Below are positions 10,420 through 22,603 of a stretch of DNA of 64,000 bases, piece by piece. Under the pieces are notes generated by a model. It had not been told where the DNA came from and did no database searches. It worked only from the letters and a program-made list of their open reading frames with translations. A program made the position numbers and the translations under genes. The first letter of the stretch is position 1, and the number at the start of each line of letters is the position of its first letter. Origin of the DNA: Ranitomeya imitator (Eukaryota); assembly GCF_032444005.1 (NCBI RefSeq), contig NC_091288.1, positions 203,608,001 through 203,672,000 on the forward strand. The letters run 5' to 3'.

Positions 10420-10715
10420 CTTGTGTGACCTTTTCGCCAGGCGTCAGACTCAGCCTCTCTATACAGCTAATGCTGGGTAGAAGTAGGAGGCAAATCTGCT
10501 TTTAAAAACGAAAAGAGTGACGCCTGGTGGAAGCAGAAGGGCACAACAACGAACATTTTAAATTATTAATAAAAATTCAGAAATTAAAATGTTCCTTATA
10601 CTTTTCCTTGGTTGACCGTACACACATTAACCCCGCCATATTCTGACAATGAGGAATGTGGCTCCAGATCACTCCCAATATCTGGTCCGCAATGGCGGCG
10701 TTCATCTTCATGTTT

Positions 10716-11085
10716 GGCTACTTTCACACTAGCGTTTTTTTTTTTAATACATCGCAATGCGTCGTTTAGGGGAAAAAACACATCCTGCAAAGTTGTTTGC
10801 AGGATGCGTTTTTGCCCCATAGAGTAACATTACCGACACATTGCGACGTATTGTCACACGTCGCAACCGTCGTGCGACGGTTGCGCCGTGTTGTGGCGGA
10901 CCGCCGGGAGCAAAAAATGTTAAATGTAACTCCGCCCCCACCTCCCCGCACCTCACAATGGGGCAGCGGATGCGCCAGAGAAATGCATCCGCTGCACCCG
11001 TTGTGCGGCGCATCAAACGCTGGCGTCGGAATTTCTGCCCGACGCAATGCGACGGGCTGAATCCGACGCTAGTGTGAAACTAGCC
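10716..11085. mobile_element. PIF/Harbinger-type MITE
   Basis: TIR GGCTACTTTCACACTAGCG / CGCTAGTGTGAAACTAGCC. Confidence 0.8.
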
Positions 11086-12169
11086 TTAGCTCTGAAAATT
11101 GGCGGACATGCTTTCTTGACATTTTGTAAGCTCCCATAGAAATAAATGGAAAGAAAAATTTCCCTCAAGCTGCTTCTCTGTCACTTTTTGCAATGGCTCC
11201 GACCGTTATCGGGGGTCTTTCAGCCATAACTTCAAATTTGAAATCTATTCAAAAACTTGTGAGTTTATGCCCCGAAAAAACTTGTCAAAATGATTCCTTG
11301 TGGTCATGGCCTTTAGGAGTTTTTTCCTGAAGCGTTTTTTATTTTTTTTGCATCCTTTTGATACCACAGTGCCAAGTCTGGAGCCAATTCTGTCACTATC
11401 CTCTTCATCGCCACAAGGCGTTTTTTTTCGAGAAAACAAACCCCTCATATGAACAGCAAACTGGGTTTGCCATAGAAATTAATAGGAAGAGATTTACAAG
11501 TATTCATGTCACTGCCGACCTCAATGCAAATAGACCATTATGTCCCAAGTGATGTGGCGAGGCGCTGCTGTTAAAAATGGCGGCGGGAGCGCAAAGGCGC
11601 TAGCTAGGAAGCCACTTATCTATAAAGTGCAGCTATAGATGAATAAAGCAGGAAGCCATGCTCGGATCTGGTGGCGCAATGTTGTTGTTGTGCCGCTGCG
11701 TCCAATGTCAGGCCTGTGGGGTTTTTTAATCCACAGTATCTCTTAAGACACGTTTGTGTGGTGTATTTTTTTCTCCTTTACATTCGGAGGGCACAGTGGA
11801 TATTTTTATATATTTACGCCTTTGGCCAGAACTTTCGAGACTGAGACAATGTTTGGTTTTCACACCATTTGCTGCTTCAGTGTTTTTTGATTTTTTTAGT
11901 TGGATGTTTCCATGGTTATTGACGTATAGTTATCAAGATTTCATAAGTTTTTACACTTTTATTGACAAATCCATCAAGTTTATGTGAAGGCTCAATAGCT
12001 ACTGTTGACCCTCATTTTTGAATACTTCAGCAACGCGCCACGCCGGATATCCACTTTTTGGCCAATGTTGCAGCTAACGATTTTCTATGGTGTCGCCCTG
12101 TGACTCAAATATTTCCAAATATGTTGGATTCTCTATAGCCCGTCACACACTCATTTCCATAGACATCAA

Positions 12170-12380
12170 TGGGGCGGCACGGTGGCACTCTGGTTCTTGG
12201 TTCAAATCTGCAAGAATTCTGTCTGTTCTCCCCGTGTTTGTGCGGGTTTCCTCCTGTTTTCTCCCACATTTCTAACACCTACTGATAGGGAAATTAGATT
12301 GTGAGCCCCAATGGGGACAGTGATTTATGTCAGTAAAGCGCTGTGGAATTAATGGCGTTATATAAGTGAGAAAAATAAAA
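12170..12380 (+). mobile_element. V-SINE-like element with L2-type tail
   Basis: Core GTTCTCCCCGTGTTTGTGCGGGTTTCCTCC, then TAGATTGTGAGCCCC...GTAAAGCGCTG and an A-rich end. Confidence 0.65.
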
Positions 12381-12799
12381 AAAAAATAAGTCACCCGTGG
12401 TGTAGCCATTTTATTGCACTTGGTTGCCCACTGGTCTAGGAATTAACTCTGATTCTGCAGACATTCATAGCACAACAGAAAAACTAGTTGGATCCTTGCA
12501 GAGCGATTGTTGTGACCCTGGAAAATGTCTAAGCAGACTACAGAATCAATGTCTTGGTGATGTTTTGCACCGTCCTCCGACCCCAGTGGAGAACTTTGGG
12601 TGCTGACCGAGTGACTTTGGCGTGCTCAAATAATGTTTGAGTCCCCGCGGCTGAACGACAGCTGCAACACAGGCAGATTGCTCGTGTTAGGCAATCCCCC
12701 GCATGTGTTGAATCCGTGAATGATCGTCGGGTATTGTGGTTAGAATGTAATGATCGTGCCGGCATCCCAGCAAATATGTATACTGATTGACAAGTCTAA

Positions 12800-13187
12800 G
12801 GCTATGTGCACACGTGGCGGATTCTGTGCGGATCCGCAGCGTTTTTTTGCGGTGCAGAAACGCTGCAGATCCGCAATTGATTTACAGTACAATGTAAATC
12901 AATGAGGAAAAAAAAAATGCTGTGCACACTTTGCAGGAAATCCGCTGCAGAAACGCTGCGGTTTAAAAGAAGTAGCATGTCACTTCTTTTTTTGCGTATC
13001 TGCAGCGTTTTTGTACCCATTCCATTATAGAAAACCGCAGGGGTAAAAAACGGTGCAAATCCGCACAAAAAACGCTGCAGAACCGCACAAAAAAAATGCG
13101 ACAAATCCGCAGGTGCGTTTTTTGCCAGGAGTGGCAGAATCCGATCCAGAGATTCCTAAGGCTAATCCACAACGTGTGCACATAGCC
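12800..13187. mobile_element. PIF/Harbinger-type MITE (GGCTATGTGCACAC TIR family)
   Basis: Terminal inverted repeats and a CCGCA/TGCGG-rich interior. Siblings at 18897 and 44986. Confidence 0.85.
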
Positions 13188-13535
13188 TATCAGTCAAGCC
13201 ATGACGAGAAGGGAGAAGACCGGAGCCGACCAGACTAATTTCTACTCTTTTTTTTCAAGATATGTTGCGCATTTCCATAAACGGATTTTACAGCCCACGA
13301 TGCCTACAAGGCCATTCGATCAGGCTTAGAAAGCCACGGTTGTGTTGGGAGCTACAGCCTGAACCTGGTTGATGTGGAGGGACGGTCCCTGAGAGCTGAG
13401 TGCAGGGGACCATGGACAGTGTGGTTTTCATTACCTGCAACAAAAGTTCTATGCAAAAAAAAACAAAAAACGATGAACCCTGGATGGCAGAAGGATTTAA
13501 AGCAATTTTCAACGAACTCAGCAGAAGAACATTAA

Positions 13536-14417
13536 AGGGAACCTGTCACCCCCGTTTTTTGAGATTGAGATATAAATACCGTTAAATAGGGCCTGCGCTG
13601 TGCGTTACTATAGTGTATGTAGTGTACCCTGATTCCCCACCTACGCTGCGCAATACATTACCAAAGTCGCCGTTTTCGCCTGTCAATCAGGCTGGTCAGG
13701 TCGGGTGGGCGTGTTCACAGCGCTGTTTCTTCCTCAGCTTTACGTTGGTGGCGTAGTGGTGTGCGCACGTTGAGGTGACTAATCCACTGTGGGCACGTGA
13801 ACAAGGAGCGCGCGATCTGCGCTATCACCCCCTGTCATCGGTGGGGGCGGCCATCTTCCTGGGGCCGCGCGTGCGCAGATGTAGTGCTCTGCTGCACGGG
13901 GCTTCAGGAAAATGGCCACGGGATGCCGCGCGTGCGCACAAGAGATCGCGGCGGCCATTTTCCCAAAGCCGAGATGCAAACTCGGCTTTGGGAAAATGGC
14001 CGCCGCGATCTCTTGTGCGCACGCGCGGCATCCCGCGGCCATTTTCCTGAAGCCCCGTGCAGCAGAGCACTACATCTGCGCACGCGCGGCCCCAGGAAGA
14101 TGGCCGCCCCCACCGATGACAGGGGGTGATAGCGCAGATCGCGCGCTCCTTGTTCACATGCCCACAGTGGATTAGTCACCTCAACGTGCGCACACCACTA
14201 CGCCACCAACGTAAAGCTGAGGAAGAAACAGCGCTGTGAACACGCCCACCCGACCTGACCAGCCTGATTGACAGGCGAAAACGGCGACTTTGGTAATGTA
14301 TTGCACAGCGTAGGTGGGGAATCAGGGTACACTACATACACTATAGTAACACACAGCGCAGGCCCTATTTAACGGTATTTATATCTCAATCTGAAAAAAC
14401 GGGGTGACAGGTTCCCT
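13536..14417. mobile_element. T2/Kolobok-type MITE forming an 882-bp near-perfect palindrome
   Basis: TTAA at 13532-13535 and 14418-14421. TIR AGGGAACCTGTCACC. Arms pair inward to a loop of a few nt near 13977. Confidence 0.92.
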
Positions 14418-14694
14418 TTAAAAACACGGCCTGCAGGACATAATGTGCTGGAGTCACAGTCACTTCTCCAACATGTGATCGGTCTTTGTGGTATTGTAGC
14501 AAAATCCTCTCCCCACAAGCGTAAAGTGATACTGGGCGCAGTGTATAGCTTCAGTCTCCAGCAATAACCCAACCATAGGAGCATGCATGGCTTTTAAGTC
14601 TCCTCACTCACTCTGACATGCCAGGCTTGGCTTGTCGCTTTCCACAAGGGGAAACTGACCCCTTATATATCAGAAGGTAAATTCCATTACTTAA

Positions 14695-15534
14695 GGCCGG
14701 TTTCACACGTCAGTGGCTCCGGTACGTGAGGTGACAGTTTCCTCACGTACCGGAGACACTGACTCACGTAGACACATTGAAATCAATGTGTCTCTGCACA
14801 TGTCAGCGTGCTTTCACGGACCGTGTGTCCGTGTGCAAAACACGTAGACATGTCAGTGTTCGTGGGAGCGCACGGATTACATGGACCCATTAAAGTCAAT
14901 GGGTCCGTGTAAAACACGTACCACACACGGACGCTGTCCGTGTGCCGTGCAGGAGACAGCGCTACAGTAAGCGCTGTCCCCCCCACATGGTGCGGAAGCC
15001 GCCATTCATATCTTCTCTCCAGCAGCGTTCGCTGGAGAGAAGATATGTAAAATCCTTTTTTTTTTTCGTGTTTAAAATAAAGATCCCTGTCCCCACCCCC
15101 TGTGCACCCCTATGGGAGGTGGAGCCGCTTATTCATGACTATAATCGGCGGCACCATGTGACCGTTCATACAGGAGAAGGTGCGGCGCGGAGAGGACTCT
15201 GCGAGGGAGCCAGGTGAGTATTTTATTAACAGCGGGTAGGCGCACAGGGGGTGGGGACAGGGATCTTTATTTTAAACACGAAAAAAAAAAAAAAAAAAAA
15301 GGATTTTACATATCTTCTCTCCAGCGAACGCTGCTGGAGAGGAGATATGAATGGCGGCTTCAGCACCAGATGCAGGGGACAGCGCTTATCTCTAGCGCTG
15401 TTTCCTGCACGCTCCGTGTGGTACCCAGTCGGCACACGGGTGCCACACGGATGGCCTACGTGAGCTCACGGACACGGATAACTCCGGTACCGATTTTTCC
15501 GGTACCGGAATTATCTGGACGTGTGGGACAGACC
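14695..15534. mobile_element. PIF/Harbinger-type MITE, 840 bp
   Basis: TAA duplication on both sides. TIR GGCCGGTTTCACACGTC / GACGTGTGGGACAGACC. Confidence 0.8.
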
Positions 15535-16416
15535 TAAAGGAGTATCCCAGTTGGAAGAAGCCTTCAGGTAAACAACCCCTGCCGCTACTGAGCTTTCCTT
15601 AGCGGTCAGCGTTGTGCCGCGCCTCTATCATTCTGCATAGAAATGTAGGAATAATCGGACAATTTATCATTAACCCTTGCCCGACACACCGACACTGCTC
15701 AATCAGTGCTGAAAGTGTGAGGACATATCCCCGTAATACATTTCCAGGAGGAATCACATTAGAAAAACACAATGCAATATACTCCAGCATGGCTATGACA
15801 TGTGTAATACATTTATTAACTAAATAATTACATAGAATTACATGCATCTGCAAAATATATATAATTATTTTCATTTTTATAATAAAGGGGTTTTCCAGTT
15901 TTGGAAAATATGCTTTCCCATGGCTGCAGTTAAAAAAAAAAAAAAAAATTATATATTTTTTTTATGCTTATTCTTCCCTGCTGCTGCTTCCTGTTTGTCT
16001 GCAGTGCTGACATCAATCAACAGAGCAGCAGTCAATAACGGAGCTGCTAGTGCCATCAACTCAGGAAAAGCTGCCGAGTTCAATCTATTTTTTGGCTGCA
16101 GGGAATCACAGACATTGGGAGACTCATATCTGGACCCGATGAGGGAGAGTCAAGAACTTTTTTTTTAAGAAACTGCACCGGAAGGAAAGGAGTTTTTTAG
16201 AAATGTATGTGGGGATTGTGACTCCATCCTCCATCTGAACAGGACGTGCAGAAATCCATGTGTTTGGAACCAAAAGGACGTCATTCGGATGGAAGAAGAT
16301 GATCTTTAGATGTAGAAATTTCTCAAAGTATCTGCGGCTAAGGTTATCTTTTTAAGGGATGTTTAAAAAAAATAAATAAAAAAATACTTAGATACATGGT
16401 GTTTGCCGTCAGCGAT

Positions 16417-16422
16417 TTTATT
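16417..16422 (-). terminator. Candidate DNAJA3 poly(A) signal AATAAA (another at 15812-15817)
   Basis: About 550 nt after the last stop codon, followed by a T-rich tract on the minus strand. Motif only. Confidence 0.4.
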
Positions 16423-16970
16423 CACATGTATAGGACATAAAGCCTGTACGCTGTCCGGCACTATGGCCGCATATTAAGGAATATTATAAGGTGCCAGGAC
16501 ATATCTGATGCTGCAAAACCGCACAGAAAAGCAATCAAATATGCATCATGAGAAGCCTGGAGAGCAAATCTTCCTTCTTCTCGTGTCTTGTACATGTTAT
16601 AGACATCTCCTGTTCACAGTCAGGTACAATATAGAGCAGAGTGACTGCGGTGTATTGTGGATGTGTAATAACCAGAGACCCCCATATATTATACAATAAG
16701 TGTAGACGACAGGGACGCACAAGATCGGAATTACAGGGAGGCACCAAAACTAAAAGGAAACATGTAGCATTAGATTAGTCTGATTCAGATAATCCGTCAT
16801 CTACAGGACAGGAAGAATTCCTGAATTCTGGTGGCTGCGCAGAGAAATTCGACAGGTGACGAAACTGAGAAATGTCTTGCTTTTCCACCCAGTATCACAC
16901 TGGGCATTTCCAAGATGTGACGACGCCACAATACGAGGACTTTTTTTCTACATGGAGACTCCAAACTACG

Positions 16971-16993
16971 TTAGTTTCCCATCGATCTCTTTC
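16971..16993 (-). CDS. DNAJA3: DNAJA3 exon 12, short-isoform (Tid1S) C-terminus GKRSMGN*
   Basis: Acceptor TTTTACTCTACAG, phase 1. Matches the mammalian Tid1S end (G)KRSTGN. Confidence 0.88.
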
Positions 16994-17498
16994 CTGTAGA
17001 GTAAAATATTAAAATGTCACAAAGAATCCAAAATTGCAAATACTATTTATTGCAAATCATGGCATGTTATAAAGCTAAAAGATAACATTACTGCCCGTCT
17101 GTAGGGTTTGCAAAAAGCAGTGGGACTAGAACAACATAACCACAAAAGTTACAAAGTTTGCAGTCAGTCAATGACTGACAGCAGCAAATAATACACCACT
17201 GCCGCTGCGTGCACAGACTGCCCGCGGAGAGATCGTGGGGAACTCAAGGGCTAATATGGTCGCCTACTGGAGGGCCTTGTAACTTATCTTGGTCCACCTA
17301 TGAAGGAGGACTATGACTCCACTATATACTGTGGTACTGAAATATTTAATATAAGCGATCAAACTATCACAGGTTCAAGTCCCCTATATAAATAAAAAAA
17401 AATTAAATTAAACTAAATATATATTTCATATTATTTTGTCCAAAAAAGTATGTCCTATGACATTATGAAATTATTTAAACTGTACGTTAAACCCTTAA

Positions 17499-17960
17499 AT
17501 GGAACCTGTCAGCAAGATTGTGCGGAGTAACCAACAGACAGTGTCAGGTCGGAGCCGTTATACTGATTACAATGAAACCTGGTGATGAAATCCGTCTTGT
17601 GGTTGTTGTTTTATCTTTATTTGCAGTTTTGAGTTAATGATATGCTCGTGCCCGGGGTGGCCTGTGTGGGGGGTCTTCATGTGGTGCTCCGATTATGCTG
17701 CAGAGCAGGTGTCACGGCTGGCGCCTGCCTGCAGAAGGGTTTATTTTGTTTTTCATTATGTATATATAATATTCATTATGTAAACTAAGGGGCAGGTCAG
17801 TTGAGGGATCAGTCAGCAGTCTGCATTATGAATATCTAATCAGAGCACCACATGAAGACCCCCACCGGTCGCACAGAGCACGAGCTTATCATTAACTCAG
17901 AACTGAAAATAAAGATTAAACAACAACCACAAGACAGATTTCATCACCAGGTATCATAAT
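17499..17960. mobile_element. Degenerate T2-like MITE interrupted at its right end by another MITE
   Basis: TTAA then ATGGAACCTGTCAGC. Inverted arms CTGGTGATGAAATC..GTCTTGTGGTTGTTGTTT / AAACAACAACCACAAGACAGATTTCATCACCAG. Confidence 0.65.
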
Positions 17961-18185
17961 TAGTAATGAGCGAGTGTACTCGTTACACGCTCGGGTGTCC
18001 TCCGAGTATTTGATAGTGTTTGGAGATTTAGTTTTCATCGCCTCAGCTGAATGATTTAGTTACTAGCTAGCTTGATTACATGTGGGGATTCCCTAGCAAC
18101 CAGGCAACCCCCACATGTACTCAGCCTGGCTAGTAGCTGTAAATCATTCAGCTGGCGCGATGAAAACTAAATCTCTGAACACTAA
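17961..18185. mobile_element. Truncated copy of the 4258-4548 MITE
   Basis: TAGTAATGAGCGAGTGTACTCGTT start and the same palindromic core. Confidence 0.8.
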
Positions 18186-18714
18186 AATACAAAAAAACAA
18201 ACAAAAACACAAGCCCTCACCCACCTCCATCAAGGGGAAAGAAATAAAAATGAAGTCACGGGTCTCATAAAATGGTGACTTTTTTTTTTCTTTACAATTT
18301 TTTTTGAATTTTGTCACCACTAAAATAAAAAAAAACTTTAGCATCACCGTAATTTTGCTGATTTATACAGAAACAATGAGAGCCAAAAATACCCATACTG
18401 AATTAAAGCACTTGCTCATAGCAGAAAGCTGCAGCTGGTAGAGCCGAGTGTCCGGGGCATGAGCTCAGGCCGGAGGGGTCTACATTTACGTCCCAGAAGG
18501 ATCTCAGATCTCTCCCCGGGATGTAAAATAATGGCAATTATATGTGTAATCACAGAAAAAAACTGCCATCGAGGCGACTGGCAGATCGGGCTCCGACTAT
18601 TGTTAAATCAGTTTAAAAACTCCCAAACCGTGCACACAGCCAAAAAGATGGAAATGAACAGCTGTAATACAATGCGGCTTGTTCTAGAGAAATAAATACA
18701 GCTAATTCCTACCG

Positions 18715-18824
18715 TCAAGAAATAAACATTTTCTTTAGTTTGCTTAGGAATCCCTCCTTGTTTTTCCCTGCCTGCTCAGCCTCAGGCCTCTCCTCATCAG
18801 CTGCAGAGCTCTGCCGTGAGCTGC
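18715..18824 (-). CDS. DNAJA3: DNAJA3 exon 11, long-isoform (Tid1L) C-terminus
   Basis: GSSRQSSAADEERPEAEQAGKNKEGFLSKLKKMFIS*, matching mammalian EGFLSKLKKMFTS. Donor CG|GTAGGA at 18712. Confidence 0.92.
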
Positions 18825-18896
18825 CTGGTGGGCACAAACAGTAAATAGGCGTCAGACCCTCATCCTCCCCATCCACCGGCATGTATCACATTCTTA

Positions 18897-19246
18897 GGGT
18901 ATGTGCACACGCTGCGGATTTTGCTGTGGATCTGCAGCGTTTCCCATGCATTTACAGTACCATGTAAAGCAATGGGAAATGAAATTCGCAGTGCACATGC
19001 TGCAGAAAAAAAAAAAACGTGCGGAAACGCAGCGGTTTATTTTCCGCAGCATGTCAATTCTTTGTGTGGATTCCGCTGCGGGTTTGCCCCTGCTCCAATA
19101 GAAATCTGCAGGTGAAAACCTGCGAGGAAACCGCAAAGGAAACCGCGGTAAATCCGCAGTAAAAACCGCAGCGGTTTTTCACTGCGGATTTAGCAAATCC
19201 GCTGCGGAAAATTCCGCAATGGAATCCGCAGCGTGTGCACTTATCC
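18897..19246. mobile_element. PIF/Harbinger-type MITE
   Basis: TTA duplication. TIR GGGTATGTGCACACGCTGCGG. Confidence 0.85.
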
Positions 19247-19364
19247 TTAGTGCTACGTGTATGTGTAAGACTAAAAGGGTGCAAATAAAACAAAACTGCC
19301 AAGCAAGGGGGTGTATAGTTCAAGTATAAAGACGAAGCACCTCAAAGACAATCGTTCCCTAAGC

Positions 19365-20335
19365 AGGAGCAAACACCTCCCCCGCCCCGAGCGTGCCCAG
19401 TCGCCCCGAGCAGGGGCAAACACCTCCCCCACCCCGAGCGTGCCCAGTCGCCCCGAGCGTGCCCAGTCGCCCCGAGCGTGCCCAGTCGCCCCGAGCAGGC
19501 CCAGTCGCCCCGAGCAGGCCCAGTCGCCCCGAGCAGGCCCAGTCGCCCCGAGCAGGCCCAGTCGCCCCGAGCAGGCCCAGTCGCCCCGAGCAGGCCCAGT
19601 CGCCCCGAGCAGGCCCAGTCGCCCCGAGCAGGCCCAGTCGCCCCGAGCAGGCCCAGTCGCCCCGAGCAGGCCCAGTCGCCCCGAGCAGGCCCAGTCGCCC
19701 CCAGCGTGCCCAGTCGCCCCGAGCAGGCCCAGTCGCCCCGAGCAGGGGCAAACACCTCCCCCACCCCGAGCGTGCCCAGTCGCCCCGAGCGTGCCCAGTC
19801 GCCCCGAGCGTGCCCAGTCGCCCCGAGCAGGCCCAGTCGCCCCGAGCAGGCCCAGTCGCCCCGAGCAGGCCCAGTCGCCCCGAGCAGGCCCAGTCGCCCC
19901 GAGCAGGCCCAGTCGCCCCGAGCAGGCCCAGTCGCCCCGAGCAGGCCCAGTCGCCCCGAGCAGGCCCAGTCGCCCCGAGCAGGCCCAGTCGCCCCGAGCA
20001 GGCCCAGTCGCCCCCAGCGTGCCCAGTCGCCCCGAGCAGGCCCAGTCGCCCCGAGCAGGGGCAAACACCTCCCCCACCCCGTCCCGAGCAGGAGCAGACA
20101 TCCCGAGAAGGCACAAACACATCCCCCACTCCACCCCGAGCAGGCGCAGTCGCCCCGAGCAGGCGCAGACGTCCCGAGAAGGAGCAAACACCTCCCCCAC
20201 TCCGCCCTGAGCAGGCACAGACGTCCTGGGCAGACGCAGACACCTCCCCCACTCCACCCCGTGCAGGCGCAGACACCTCCCCCTACTCCACTCCGTGCAG
20301 GCGCAGACGCCCCGAGCAGAGCAGGCGCAGACATC
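19365..20335. repeat. GC-rich 19-bp minisatellite (AGTCGCCCCGAGCAGGCCC)n, degenerate towards 20335
   Basis: Direct reading. The repeat ORFs show a 19-aa (3-unit) period. Confidence 0.95.
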
Positions 20336-20414
20336 CCGAGAAAGGCGCAATTGTTCTGAGCATCATACCTTTCTATACTCAACTAGATCTACTTGGATCT
20401 CAGCTCTAAGCTAC

Positions 20415-20512
20415 CTGTGGTTGTGTTGGTGATGCCATTCACCGTGCCCTCCACATCATTTTCATCTTCGGCAAAGCTCTGCATCAGTGTGCGCTGCTTG
20501 TCGGTGAGTTGC
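20415..20512 (-). CDS. DNAJA3: DNAJA3 exon 10 (98 nt)
   Basis: QLTDKQRTLMQSFAEDENDVEGTVNGITNTTT, AG/GT bounded. Confidence 0.95.
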
Positions 20513-20595
20513 CTACAGCAGGACAGAAGAGAGAATTGGATAATCTCACAACAGAAATGTAGCGGGCAAACAAAACCCTCTCTAAACCCACTCAC

Positions 20596-20711
20596 CGAGG
20601 AACTTTCAGCTTGACATGTATGTAGTGGTCACCGTAGCCATAACTGTTCATTCTTGCTATGCCCTTGCCGCTAATTCTGATACTTTGATCTGCCTGTGTG
20701 CCTGGCGGTAT
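20596..20711 (-). CDS. DNAJA3: DNAJA3 exon 9 (116 nt)
   Basis: IPPGTQADQSIRISGKGIARMNSYGYGDHYIHVKLKVP. Confidence 0.95.
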
Positions 20712-20823
20712 CTGAAATACACAATGATGGAAGAATCAGACAAGCAAACAACATCAGGTCACAATAAGAAAACAATAACATACTAAGTAATAATATTTTT
20801 TTTATTTTTTAAAAAACACCCAC

Positions 20824-20952
20824 CGTAACATTGATGGTTTCATACAGCCCTTGTGCCCGGGACGTACCACCCAAGATCGCTTGTGCAATAGATACATGTA
20901 GATCAGAATGGATATCGGCCCCTGTCCGTCTGAATATGGGACTCTTCTGCAC
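20824..20952 (-). CDS. DNAJA3: DNAJA3 exon 8 (129 nt)
   Basis: VQKSPIFRRTGADIHSDLHVSIAQAILGGTSRAQGLYETINVT. Confidence 0.95.
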
Positions 20953-21386
20953 CTGTATTACATGATATCACACAGCAATGTAACACAAACATAAAATAGC
21001 AAAATATCTGCACATTTAACCAATCTACTTTGTGTATGCGGGACCTATTACATTACTTTTTTTTTTGCTCTTTTGAGATTATACATAGCCATGTTTAACG
21101 TCAATCAATCTGCGGATAATTACAGTCGTTTCTATACCAAATGTGTGTACATTTTATGACTTTTTTTTCAGTTGTAATACATAGTTCCAGCCTCCTGTTG
21201 GCAGCAGCGTACACCCATGGCGAAGTAACCCAGAAATGTACATTGCTGTGCAGCAATATCTGCCATCATGTGTGCTACACTGCCCTCTGCTGTTCAAAAT
21301 GAAGAAGTCAATTTCCAAATTTTCGCAACATCGTCAACTTATATGGGATATATACCGAGAGCAAAAGAATGGACAAGTGTACCAAC

Positions 21387-21451
21387 CCTAAATGTAATAA
21401 AGATTTCTTTTCTGCCCACTGGCATCCGGACAGTCTGCCCATCTTCTATAC
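21387..21451 (-). CDS. DNAJA3: DNAJA3 exon 7 (65 nt)
   Basis: GIEDGQTVRMPVGRKEIFITFR. Confidence 0.95.
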
Positions 21452-21860
21452 CTGTAGAAGAATTATATTTCTATAAATGTACTTATACAATAAAATCCTA
21501 AATAAGTAAAATAAACAAAACATTTTCACTATTAGGTAAGACGAATTTCCGAGAAGAGGTTCTCCCCATTTATTAGTCAGCATAGCGAGCCAAGAGGTGC
21601 AATCAAGGGCACCGGGTAATAGTGCATTTACCAACCAGCATCTTCATTGCAAAATTAGATGTTTTAATATTATTTAGATTACATTGCACAATATGTATTA
21701 AGTCCAGACACTGATAAATGTACATGACACTATCCACATAAATAAAAAGCATAAGAAAATACGGCAAATCTAAGAGATGGATACAGGTATAATTCCCCTT
21801 CATTATAATAGAGATTTGGTTTTTTTTGGGAGGGGGTTCTGTCATCCCCTTAGCACTTAC

Positions 21861-22008
21861 CAGCAGGTACTGGCACAGTCACAGATTTCTTCTGCTTTGT
21901 CTGTCCACTACCATGGCAAGAGACACACGGATTTGTCATAGTCGTACCCTTCCCACTGCAACGTCGACATGTTGAGCGCATGACGAAGGGACCCGTGTTA
22001 ATGGTCTC
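21861..22008 (-). CDS. DNAJA3: DNAJA3 exon 6 (148 nt), zinc-finger repeats
   Basis: ETINTGPFVMRSTCRRCSGKGTTMTNPCVSCHGSGQTKQKKSVTVPVPA. Confidence 0.95.
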
Positions 22009-22158
22009 CTACAAAGATGACCAATTGCGTCAATGAAATTAAAAATAAAAAAGATTAATAAAAATAAGGAGTTAAAAACTAACAATCAGCACCAACAAAA
22101 AATGTATGATGGAAACACATCAATGTTGATATATTCAGGGGACACTGGCCAGACTTAC

Positions 22159-22311
22159 CATGCCCGTGCCGTTGCAGTAGTGACAGTGCTGCACTTTTGT
22201 GCCGGGTTCATTGCCTTTCCCATTGCACCGCTCACACGTGTCCGTGATGTTTACAGACATTTCTTTGTTCACTCCCTTGGCCGCCTGATTAAATGTCAGG
22301 TCCATGATGTA
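22159..22311 (-). CDS. DNAJA3: DNAJA3 exon 5 (153 nt)
   Basis: YIMDLTFNQAAKGVNKE...CERCNGKG...CHYCNGTGM, CxxCxGxG motifs. Confidence 0.95.
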
Positions 22312-22402
22312 CTGCAAGGAACAAGAGCAGATCAGGCCCACCTCCGAAATATAGACTCGCAGCTGATATAGAACCTCCAGGGGATGGATAAGCGGCACTC
22401 AC

Positions 22403-22603
22403 CTCCTGTGGTTGATCAAACATGTTATTTATGTCCCCGAAAGGCGAGCCGGAGAACTCCCCAAATATCCTGCGGAACAGCTCCTCTGGATCAACAGTAG
22501 GGCCCCCTCTCCAGTGCTGTTGCCCACCTCCCCTGGCCCCTGCTGCAAAATCGGCAGTGCCATATGCATCATACTGCTTTCTTTTCACTTCATCGCTGAG
22601 CAC
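22403..22603 (-). CDS. DNAJA3: DNAJA3 exon 4 (201 nt), end of J domain and G/F region
   Basis: VLSDEVKRKQYDAYG...DPEELFRRIFGEF...FDQPQE. Confidence 0.95.

Noticed and set aside
13288-13435. Acceptor-like TTTTGTTGCAG followed by a short minus-strand ORF (possible extra terminal exon)
   Set aside because: No similarity to DNAJA3 or any protein I recognise. Both known DNAJA3 termini are already accounted for.
19271-20409. Six overlapping 290-360 aa ORFs on both strands
   Set aside because: Products of the stop-free 19-bp GC-rich minisatellite inside DNAJA3 intron 10.
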